A stretch of 64,000 nt of DNA from positions 1,856,001-1,920,000 of the forward strand of contig CBDFLE010000006.1 in NCBI GenBank assembly GCA_965248925.1, in the 5' to 3' direction. The translations under genes were made by a program, and so were the position numbers. How positions within the stretch are numbered: position 1 is the first letter of the stretch; each line of letters opens with the position of its first letter. Shown here in pieces: positions 18,995-27,150 of this stretch. A model generated the notes under the pieces. That model had not been told where the DNA came from. It worked only from the letters and a program-made list of their open reading frames with translations, and made no database searches. This stretch comes from Candidatus Multivoradales bacterium (GTDB lineage: Bacteria; Acidobacteriota; Thermoanaerobaculia; Multivoradales; J023).

Positions 18995-19990
18995 ATGGCT
19001 GCCCAGACACGCGAAGAAGAACACCGCAAGCGACGCCGCAAGCGTTTGATTCGAGGGCTCCTGATGGGGAGCGCGGCCATCGGCGTACCGGCCTTGGCCA
19101 ACCTTCTTGTGCGGCGGCGCGCTCGGCAGTTGCCGGCAGCCACCTGGGGCAGCGGTGATCGCTATGCTTGGCGTCACGGCGAGGTTGTCTTCCAGCGCCT
19201 CGGCGATGGCAAACCGCTCTTGCTGCTGCACTCCCTGGGACCGGGTCACAGCTCTGCCGAGTGGCGCCGATCCGCTGAGTTATTGGCTGAGAATCACCAA
19301 GTATTCGCTCTCGATCTACTGGGTTGGGGCGACTCCAGCAAGCCGGCAATTGCTTACGACGACGAACTCTACATCCACCTACTGACCGACTTCTTGGCCG
19401 ACGTGGTGGGTGGACGAGCCGCCATTGCGGCTGCTGGTCTGCCAACAGCCTATGCCCTCCAGCTGGCGGTGGATCGCCCGGAGCTGGTGCGCTGCCTGGC
19501 CCTGGTGGTACCGCAAGGCATCGAGCTGCACAGCGACGAACCCGACCTCAAAGACGCGGTGGTGCATCGCCTGTTGCGGCTGCCAATACTCGGTACCTCG
19601 GCAATGAACCTCTACACCAGCCGCTCAGGCATCGCCTCCTATCTGCGCCGCGAAGTTTACGGCTCACCGGTATTGGTCAACGAAGCTCTGATCGACCAGC
19701 ATTACCGCACCAGCCACGAGGACGGCGCAGCGGCGCCGCTTGCCGCCTTGCTCAGCGGCTATCTGAATCACAGCGTCCGCACCGTGCTGAGACGGGTGGA
19801 ACAACCCGTGTGGCTAGCTTGGGGTCGGCGCGCCGTCAGTCCGCCGGTGGAGTCCGCCGATCTCTGGCTGCGCCAGCTGGCCAACGCCGACCTTGACGTC
19901 TTCGAGCGTTGCGGCACCCTGCCTCACGCCGAGTCCCCCGAAGAATTCAGCCGCAAACTTGATAGCTTCCTCGGCGAGCCAACCAGCTGA
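18995..19990 (+). CDS. Alpha/beta hydrolase-fold protein with N-terminal anchor; nucleophile Ser absent
   Basis: PLLLLHSLG, LDLLGWGDS, PHAESPEEF. The nucleophile elbow reads AAGLP. Confidence 0.75.
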   Translation: MAAQTREEEHRKRRRKRLIRGLLMGSAAIGVPALANLLVRRRARQLPAATWGSGDRYAWRHGEVVFQRLGDGKPLLLLHSLGPGHSSAEWRRSAELLAENHQVFALDLLGWGDSSKPAIAYDDELYIHLLTDFLADVVGGRAAIAAAGLPTAYALQLAVDRPELVRCLALVVPQGIELHSDEPDLKDAVVHRLLRLPILGTSAMNLYTSRSGIASYLRREVYGSPVLVNEALIDQHYRTSHEDGAAAPLAALLSGYLNHSVRTVLRRVEQPVWLAWGRRAVSPPVESADLWLRQLANADLDVFERCGTLPHAESPEEFSRKLDSFLGEPTS

Positions 19991-20051
19991 GCGGCGCAAG
20001 GCCTTTCCATCGACCCTTCCCCCAACCCGCAGTTTCAGGAGTGACGACCCC

Positions 20052-21410
20052 ATGGCCGGCATTTTCAAGGCATACGACGTCCGCGGTACCTACCCGGACC
20101 AGCTCGACGAAACCACCGCCTACAAGATCGGGCGAGCCTTTCCCAACTTGCTAACCGACGAGGATTTCGTCCACGGTCGCTCGGTGGTGGTCGGCCACGA
20201 CATGCGCTCGCACAGCAAGCCCCTCACCGCCGAGTTGATCCGCGGTCTGTCCGAGGCCGGCCTCGACGTCATCGATATCGGCTTGGCGACCACGCCGATG
20301 GGCTACTACGCCGTCGGCCATTTGCAGGCAGCTGGCGGCATCCAAGTTACCGCCAGCCACAACCCGGCGGCTTACAACGGCTTCAAACTCAGCCGCCACG
20401 GTGCCCGGCCGGTCTCAGGCGACCACGGTCTGCCACTGCTCGAAGAGAAGGTCAAGGCTGGCGACACGGCGGCTGCGGACACCGCGGGCAAGATCCAACA
20501 ACACGATATTGGCCCAGCCTACGCCAAGCACCTACGCAGCTTCCTGCGCCGACCCGACAAGGCCCGTCGGCTGAAGGTGGTGGTGGACGCCGCCAACGGC
20601 ATGGGGGTGCTCTACCGCAAGCTATTGGAGAGCGCCGGTATCGAGCTGGTGCCGCTCTACTTCGAACTTGATGGCAGCTTTCCGAATCACGAGGCTAATC
20701 CACTCAAGCTGGCCAACCTACGCGACCTGCAAGCTGAAGTGCTACGGGTCGGCGCCGATCTTGGAGTCAGCTTCGATGGCGATGCCGACCGCGCTGCCTT
20801 CGTCGACGAGCGCGGCCAGCCAGTGGGCTCGGACCTCTCAACAGCGTTGATCGCTGGCGAGATTCTGCTGCGCGAGCCCGGCAAGGCCATCGTCTACGAC
20901 CTACGTTCCTCGCGCGCCGTGGCCGAGCACATCGAAACCCATGGCGGCCGGCCGATTCGCGAACGGGTCGGCCATTCGTTCATCAAGGCGACCTTGCGCG
21001 AGAATAACGGCATCTTCGGCGGCGAACTCGCCGGCCACTACTACTTCCGCGATCACTACACCGCCGACTGCTCACTGATGGCGGTATTCGAGATTTTCAA
21101 CCTACTGTGGAAATCGGGCCGTTCGATGTCCCAGTTGGTCGCGCCCTTGCTGCGTTACGCAAAAAGCCCAGAAATCAACTTCGAGGTGGTGGACAAGGCG
21201 GGCAAGATCGAGGAATTGGCCAGGCGCTACGCGGACGGCGAGATCGACTATCTCGACGGCATCACCGTGCAGTACCCGAGCTGGTGGTTCAACGTCCGCC
21301 CATCGAACACCGAGAACTACCTGCGGCTGGTCGCCGAAGCGGCCGACGACCGCGAACTGCAAGAGAAGCTGGCACAGCTGATGGAGTTGCTCGGCGAACC
21401 GGCAGACTGA
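20052..21410 (+). CDS. Phosphomannomutase/phosphoglucomutase
   Basis: IFKAYDVRG, VTASHNP, FDGDADR, GGELAGH, VRPSNTE. Confidence 0.95.
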   Translation: MAGIFKAYDVRGTYPDQLDETTAYKIGRAFPNLLTDEDFVHGRSVVVGHDMRSHSKPLTAELIRGLSEAGLDVIDIGLATTPMGYYAVGHLQAAGGIQVTASHNPAAYNGFKLSRHGARPVSGDHGLPLLEEKVKAGDTAAADTAGKIQQHDIGPAYAKHLRSFLRRPDKARRLKVVVDAANGMGVLYRKLLESAGIELVPLYFELDGSFPNHEANPLKLANLRDLQAEVLRVGADLGVSFDGDADRAAFVDERGQPVGSDLSTALIAGEILLREPGKAIVYDLRSSRAVAEHIETHGGRPIRERVGHSFIKATLRENNGIFGGELAGHYYFRDHYTADCSLMAVFEIFNLLWKSGRSMSQLVAPLLRYAKSPEINFEVVDKAGKIEELARRYADGEIDYLDGITVQYPSWWFNVRPSNTENYLRLVAEAADDRELQEKLAQLMELLGEPAD

Positions 21411-21447
21411 TCCCCACGAGATCCCTCCGCCGATCCACGGCGTCAGG

Positions 21448-22125
21448 TCAGTCGCGGCCACCGAGCAAGCCGGCTCGCATCAGGAAGTAGAGCAAAATCA
21501 TCAGCGAGGAAACCGCGGCCGCGACATAAGTGAGCGCCGCGGCATCCAGTACCTGGTTCATGCCACGCTGCTCGCTCGAGCTAACGATGCCATGCTCAAC
21601 GGCGAGTTTCTTGGCCCGTCGGGTAGCGTCGAACTCGACCGGCAAAGTCACCAGCTGAAACAGCAGCACGGCGGAAAACAACATCGCGCCAAGCAGCACA
21701 ATGCCGGTGGCATTGAAGATCAAACCACCCATCATCACCCACATGCCAACCCCAGAGCCGATCTTGGCAGTCGGCACCAACGCCGACCGCAAACCGAGAG
21801 CGGCATAGTTATTGGCATGCTGAATCGCGTGCCCAGCCTCGTGACAGGCCACCCCGACCGCCGCTACCGTCGGCTGCGAATAGACCGGCTCCGATAGCGC
21901 CAAAGTCTTGTTAGTCGGGTTGTAGTGATCCGAGAGATAGCCCCGAGTGGGAACGATCTTGACATCGTTGATCCCCGCCCGCTGGAGCATCAGTTGCGCC
22001 GCCTGCGCCCCAGTGAGGCCGCCAGTCACTCGCTGCCGAGAGTATTTCTTGAACGCCGACTTGGTCTTCCAACTGGCCCACATCGACAAGAAGATCCCAG
22101 GCAAGATGAAGAGTAGATAGTCCAT
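21448..22125 (-). CDS. YugP-like membrane zinc metallopeptidase
   Basis: LSDHYNP, ACHEAGHAIQH, TLPVEFDA, AAALTYVAA. Confidence 0.92.
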   Translation of the reverse strand: MDYLLFILPGIFLSMWASWKTKSAFKKYSRQRVTGGLTGAQAAQLMLQRAGINDVKIVPTRGYLSDHYNPTNKTLALSEPVYSQPTVAAVGVACHEAGHAIQHANNYAALGLRSALVPTAKIGSGVGMWVMMGGLIFNATGIVLLGAMLFSAVLLFQLVTLPVEFDATRRAKKLAVEHGIVSSSEQRGMNQVLDAAALTYVAAAVSSLMILLYFLMRAGLLGGRD

Positions 22126-22292
22126 AAGGCAATTCTCCTTGAGCTGGATTGACAGATCCCTCGAGATCTCGAAACGGCAAGACGCCGAAAATCGGTGGAG
22201 TGATGGGGCGAGTAAGGCGGACACCTTCAACAACAGAATGGCCCCAGGCTCCTATTCCACCAGCGCCGTCACAAGCCATGAAAGCTAAGCCT

Positions 22293-22889
22293 TCAGGACT
22301 GCTTGGCGGGAGCGACCACAACCTCCTCCGCCGCCGGATCGTAGCGTTCATAGCACTGCCGGCACCGAGCCTCGTAAGACTCTAGGTCACCGACCTGAAC
22401 TTGCTCCGCGGTGCCGGCAATGCGCTGCGAATACTGCGCCGGCTGGCCACAGCGCAGGCATATAGCATGCATCTTGTCGACGTATTCCGCCGCGGCCAGC
22501 AGCGCCGGCATGGGGCCAAAGGGCTGGCGTAGAAAGTCGAGGTCAAGGCCCGCGACGATCACCCGTACGCCGGCATCGGCCAGTTCCGCCACTACCGCGA
22601 CCAAGCCGTCGTCGAAGAACTGTGCTTCGTCGACACCCACCACCTGCACGCCAATCTTGAGCCGCTGACGCAGTTCTTGACTATCAACCACAGCGAGCGC
22701 GGCGAGTTCTCGATTATCCCTTGTCACCAGCCGCTCGGGACCATGACGGGTATCGGCGGTAGGCTTGAACACCTGCACCCGCAGACGGGCAATCACCGCC
22801 CGGCGTAGGCGCCGAACCAGCTCCTCGCTCTTGCCGGAGAACATCCCTCCAGCGATAGCTTCGATGTGGCCATTAGACCGTTCGTACAT
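22293..22889 (-). CDS. tdk: Thymidine kinase
   Basis: GGMFSGKSEEL, VDEAQFF, AGLDLDF, CLRC...YEARCRQC. Confidence 0.96.
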   Translation of the reverse strand: MYERSNGHIEAIAGGMFSGKSEELVRRLRRAVIARLRVQVFKPTADTRHGPERLVTRDNRELAALAVVDSQELRQRLKIGVQVVGVDEAQFFDDGLVAVVAELADAGVRVIVAGLDLDFLRQPFGPMPALLAAAEYVDKMHAICLRCGQPAQYSQRIAGTAEQVQVGDLESYEARCRQCYERYDPAAEEVVVAPAKQS

Positions 22890-22903
22890 CTAACAAGGCT
22901 CCG

Positions 22904-23602
22904 TCAATCAGTGGTGGCGAAACGACTCTGCAAACCCACCAACGACTCGCTGGCGAGCGACTCGACCACCCGGTCGGCTTCAGCAAGTGCACTGGCCGGA
23001 TAGGTGTGAGCGACCCCCAAGGTCTGCAGGCCACAAGCCGCGGCCGCGGCGATACCCGCCGGCGAGTCCTCGATCGCCAACACCTCGTGTGGATGCAGCA
23101 AGCGTGCCGGCAACGGCTGCAACGAGTTGAGCCCCGCGAGACCGCGGCGGTACCCCTCGGCATCAGGCTTGCCAACAGCTACATCCTCCGCCGTAACTAG
23201 AATCTTGAAGGCCGGGCGGAGGTCCAATTGTTCGAGCGCCGCCACCACCTCATTCCTCAATGCACCGCTAACAACGCCGAGGGGTAAGCCGGCTGCCGCC
23301 GCCGTCCGCAACAGCTCGGCTGCACCGGGGAAAACCGGAAAGCCGGCTTGGCGAATCGCCTGGCTATAGAACATCGACTTTCGCACGATCAGGCGCGACA
23401 GCTCGGTTGCACCTAACTCCCTGCCGGCGGCCTCGTAGACGGCGGCAAAACAGCCTTTGTCGTCAAAGCCGAGGTACTTATCGTAATAGTCCTGGCGAGC
23501 GAGTTCGACGCCTTCGGCGGCCAGCACCTGCTGAAACAGCCGTAGGTGCAATGGTTCGTCGTCGACAATGACACCGTTGAAGTCAAAGAGAATCGCCCGC
23601 AT
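22904..23602 (-). CDS. HAD-family phosphatase
   Basis: FDFNGVIVDDE, GKPDAEGY, IEDSPAG. Confidence 0.9.
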   Translation of the reverse strand: MRAILFDFNGVIVDDEPLHLRLFQQVLAAEGVELARQDYYDKYLGFDDKGCFAAVYEAAGRELGATELSRLIVRKSMFYSQAIRQAGFPVFPGAAELLRTAAAAGLPLGVVSGALRNEVVAALEQLDLRPAFKILVTAEDVAVGKPDAEGYRRGLAGLNSLQPLPARLLHPHEVLAIEDSPAGIAAAAACGLQTLGVAHTYPASALAEADRVVESLASESLVGLQSRFATTD

Positions 23603-23656
23603 GGGCCGCTAATGATAACTCAGAAGAGCCCGTCCGCGGCACCCAAGTGAACCGGG

Positions 23657-23694
23657 GCAGTGACGGCGCAGTGACGGTGCGGTGATGGCGCAGT
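23657..23694. repeat. 11-bp tandem repeat GCAGTGACGGC-like, about 3.5 copies, in a divergent promoter region
   Basis: gcagtgacggc gcagtgacggt gcggtgatggc gcagt. Confidence 0.75.
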
Positions 23695-23729
23695 AGACTG
23701 GCACTAGCCAGCCAACCGAGCGACCGTGG

Positions 23730-23758
23730 TTGACTAGGATGAAAGCGCTAGGTATCTT
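23730..23758 (+). promoter_or_regulatory. sigma70 promoter of the A-type Fe-S carrier gene
   Basis: TTGACT-N17-TATCTT, 79 nt upstream of ATG 23838; AGGAG RBS present. Confidence 0.6.
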
Positions 23759-23837
23759 GGATCAGCGGCAGCTTCTCCATCGGCCTGCGGGAGCGCTTGC
23801 TTGCCACCGCTGGCCAACAACCAGGAGACTAAATCCC

Positions 23838-24227
23838 ATGCCAGATATCGATACCACTCCGACGACAGAATCCGCCACCGTCAACCTACCGCTCGAAGGA
23901 CCGGTGATGCTGACCGAGAAGGCCGTAAACATGGTCAAAATCACCCGCGAGCAAGAAGGCATCGATGCTGACCATGCACTGCGCATTGCGGTTCGCGGTG
24001 GCGGCTGTAGCGGCTTCGAATACGCCCTCGACTTCGAGAACGAGGAGCGGCCGACGGACCAGGTCTACCTGCAAGGCGACTTGAAGGTGTTCATCGATCC
24101 GATCAGCGCCCGCTACCTCACCGGCACCGAGATTGACTACGTTCTCGGCACCACCGGCGCCGGTTTCAAGTTCCATAACCCACAGGCCGTGGGCACTTGC
24201 GGTTGCGGCTCGTCGTTCGCCGTTTGA
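23838..24227 (+). CDS. A-type iron-sulfur cluster assembly accessory protein (IscA/SufA/ErpA family)
   Basis: GGGCSGFEY, FHNPQAVGTCGCGSSF. Confidence 0.95.
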   Translation: MPDIDTTPTTESATVNLPLEGPVMLTEKAVNMVKITREQEGIDADHALRIAVRGGGCSGFEYALDFENEERPTDQVYLQGDLKVFIDPISARYLTGTEIDYVLGTTGAGFKFHNPQAVGTCGCGSSFAV

Positions 24228-24235
24228 TCCTCTAC

Positions 24236-25327
24236 TTAGACGCCAGAATCTGGCGCTAGCTCAACCACCTCGCCCACGCCACCGCCAGCGATGTCGAGGA
24301 GCGCCCCGGTGGCGGCTCGCTGGTGCAAGATCGCCAGTCCGAGGTTGCCCTCCGATAGCCGGGCCATGCTGGTTAACCGCCCTACCTCGCGCTCGTTGAC
24401 GGTGAGCCCTTGACCCGTGGCCTGGGTGCAGTCGCCAGTGATCCGTAGCTGGCATAAACGCCGCTTGACGCCGCCCCGATAGTGAATCCGCGCCACCACC
24501 TCTTGGCCTAGATAACAGCCCTTGGTGTAGCTCACCGCGTCGCCATCCAGGCCGCATTCCTGGGGAAAGCAGTCTGCCCCGTAGTCTTGGCCAAAGGTCG
24601 GCCAACCGAGTTCGACACGGCGCGCCTCATAGGCAGTCCAGCCAACCAGGGTTACCTCTTCCCTAGCACTTAGCAACGCCAACACATCGGCCGCCGCGGC
24701 AGAGGACACCCACAGAGTAAAGGCCGGTTGGCGGAACAATGGCTGGTGCGCTACCCACACCTCACAACCGGCGACGGTCGCCGATCGATGGCGCCACGGC
24801 CCTCCAGGTAAGGCTCCCGGCAACACCTGCTCCAACTGCTCGGCGGCTCGCGGCCCGGCCATCGTCAATGCTCGCCAGCGGACCGCAGAGTCGATCTCGA
24901 CCCGGTCGACGATGATGTACTTGGCCAACCTCTCAGCCACTGACGGCGCGCGACCCGCTGGCAACTCGAGCAACAAGCGATCCTCAGCCGCCAGCACCAC
25001 CGCATCGGTCTCTACCCGCCCCTTGGCGGAAACCAGCAAGCCGTAGAGCACTCCGCCGGGCTTGAGGGCGGCGACATCGGAGGTCAGCTGGCCACCGAGA
25101 AAGCGTGAACGGTCCTCGCCGGTGAGTTCGAGCGCATCGATCCAGGTGCGGTCGATCAAGGCGACGCCATCGCGCAGCGCTTCGAGTTCGGCCTCTGAAG
25201 AGCCATAGTCGGCCACCGCCTGAACACCCAGGAATGGCGCCAGGCGGCCACCTAACCGCAAGTGGACTTGCTCAACGGCAGCTGCTTCGGTAGTCAGAAC
25301 AGGAGAATCGGAGGTGGTTTCTGGCAT
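24236..25327 (-). CDS. ygfZ: Folate-binding YgfZ/GcvT-like Fe-S maturation protein
   Basis: Signature KGCYLGQEVVARI. Confidence 0.92.
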   Translation of the reverse strand: MPETTSDSPVLTTEAAAVEQVHLRLGGRLAPFLGVQAVADYGSSEAELEALRDGVALIDRTWIDALELTGEDRSRFLGGQLTSDVAALKPGGVLYGLLVSAKGRVETDAVVLAAEDRLLLELPAGRAPSVAERLAKYIIVDRVEIDSAVRWRALTMAGPRAAEQLEQVLPGALPGGPWRHRSATVAGCEVWVAHQPLFRQPAFTLWVSSAAAADVLALLSAREEVTLVGWTAYEARRVELGWPTFGQDYGADCFPQECGLDGDAVSYTKGCYLGQEVVARIHYRGGVKRRLCQLRITGDCTQATGQGLTVNEREVGRLTSMARLSEGNLGLAILHQRAATGALLDIAGGGVGEVVELAPDSGV

Positions 25328-25374
25328 CAGGTCATCTTAACCCGCTGCCGCCAAGACGATCTAGAATAGCTGCC

Positions 25375-26217
25375 ATGAAAGAGACTCAGCCCTTCGTCCT
25401 CGACACCCCCCAAGGCGTGCGCCTGAAGGGATTCGTCCACACACCGACTCAAGATGGGCCACGGCCCACCGCCGTGATCTGTCACGGTTTCAAGGGTTTC
25501 ATGGAGTGGGGATTCTTCCCGCCGCTGGCCGAACTGCTCAGCGATCGTGGTTTCACCGTCCTGCGATTCAACTTCTCCGGCAGTGGCATGCAGCCCGGCG
25601 ATCAGCTAGTAACCGACCTCGACGCCTTCCGCCGTAGCACTTTCAGCCAGGAGCTGGGCGAGATCCTCAACGTACTGGCGGCAGCCGGCAAAGAGCTGGC
25701 GCCGGGGCGGGTAGACCGCCGTCGGCTGGCACTTGTGGGTCACAGTCGTGGTGGCGGCGGTGCGGTACTAGCCGCGGCGAGTGAGGCTGGTCAAGAGCTG
25801 GCGGCCTTGGTGACCTGGGCAGCGGTCTCGACCTTCGACCGCTTTGGCGAAGCTGCCGCCGAGAGCTGGCAACGCGGCGAAGTGATCGAGATCGAGAATG
25901 GCCGCACCGGCCAAAAATTACCGCTGGGCCTGGACCTCTGGGACGACCTACAGAACCACCGGGAAGTGATCGACATCATGGCCGCCGCCAGTCGGCTGCG
26001 GGCGCCCTGGTTGATCGTCCATGGCGAGGAAGACCCGGTGGTCGCCGCCGCGGAGGCGCGGCAGCTCGCCAGCGCCGCCACCGGCGAGCATGACTTGCTG
26101 GTGATTCCGGGAGCCGACCACACTTTCGGCGCCAAACATCCCTTCGTCGGCCCAACGCCGGCGCTGATTCAGGCGTTGAATGCTACCCAGAGCTGGCTGC
26201 TCAAGCACCTGCGATGA
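25375..26217 (+). CDS. Alpha/beta hydrolase (S9/dienelactone hydrolase-like)
   Basis: HGFKGF, GHSRGG nucleophile, HGEED, ADHTF. Confidence 0.9.
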   Translation: MKETQPFVLDTPQGVRLKGFVHTPTQDGPRPTAVICHGFKGFMEWGFFPPLAELLSDRGFTVLRFNFSGSGMQPGDQLVTDLDAFRRSTFSQELGEILNVLAAAGKELAPGRVDRRRLALVGHSRGGGGAVLAAASEAGQELAALVTWAAVSTFDRFGEAAAESWQRGEVIEIENGRTGQKLPLGLDLWDDLQNHREVIDIMAAASRLRAPWLIVHGEEDPVVAAAEARQLASAATGEHDLLVIPGADHTFGAKHPFVGPTPALIQALNATQSWLLKHLR

Positions 26218-26233
26218 AGTCTCAACGATTTCC

Positions 26234-27070
26234 TCAGCGGCCCAGCATCCAGCGAGCTGCTAGCCAGCCGACCAGAATGATGCCGCCGAGCACCAGTACG
26301 GCGTCGGAGTGGCTGTAGGTCAGGGTCGGATACTGGTTGCCGGCGAGCATCACCAGGACTAGCGGCACCACCATGTAGGAGTTGTGTTTCGAGCGCAGGG
26401 GACCGCTAGCGGCGATCGCCGGATCCAGCTCCTCCCCGGCCGCAACCGCTGCCAGCAGCCGGCGCTGCGCCGGCAGGATACACATCCAGACGTTGGCCGC
26501 CATCACCGTGCCGATCACCGCACCGAGGTGGATCCACGCCGCTCGCGGCTCCATCACTTCGCGCAAACCGTAGAACATCCCCAGCAACAGCAGCAGACCG
26601 ACCCCGGCAAATAAAGTCGGCCGCCGGCCCAGAGGCGAGCGCACCAGCAAATCGTAGACTAACCAACCGCCAAAGACCGCGCCGGCACCGCTCCACGCCG
26701 CCCGGCCATAGCTCATCCCAGCTTCAGTGATGCCGAAATCGTCCTGCGGCGCCACCAGCAGTCCGCCCAGGTAGTAGGTCAGTACGATCAACACCAGGCC
26801 GCTCAACCAGGTCGCCGCGGCTTCCCATTTGAACCAATGCAACTTGGTCGGCAACGGCAGCCTATATTCCTGCTTCTCCAATCGGTATAAGCCACCGCCA
26901 TGCACCATCCAGAGGTCGCCGATCACTCCCTCGGGAGCGTCCTTGCGGCGCTCGAGATGGCGCTCGAAGAAGTGGAAGAGATAGGTCTGGCCAATCCACA
27001 GAATGGCGGCAAAGACATGGATCCAGCGCACAATCGCCTGCGCCCAGGCATGGAGGGTGTAGCTATCCAA
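26234..27070 (-). CDS. PuuD-like urate hydroxylase membrane domain protein without a cytochrome c domain
   Basis: RWIHVFAAILWIG, WMVHGGG, LHWFKWEAAATWLSG, RSKHNSY. TTG start at 27070 after a GGAG RBS. Confidence 0.8.
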   Translation of the reverse strand: MDSYTLHAWAQAIVRWIHVFAAILWIGQTYLFHFFERHLERRKDAPEGVIGDLWMVHGGGLYRLEKQEYRLPLPTKLHWFKWEAAATWLSGLVLIVLTYYLGGLLVAPQDDFGITEAGMSYGRAAWSGAGAVFGGWLVYDLLVRSPLGRRPTLFAGVGLLLLLGMFYGLREVMEPRAAWIHLGAVIGTVMAANVWMCILPAQRRLLAAVAAGEELDPAIAASGPLRSKHNSYMVVPLVLVMLAGNQYPTLTYSHSDAVLVLGGIILVGWLAARWMLGR

Positions 27071-27150
27071 GGGCTGCTTGCTCCGTAGGTTTTTTGGGGG
27101 GGGGCTCAAGATAGCATATGAGGCCTTGAGGCTACCTCGAGGCCAGACCA

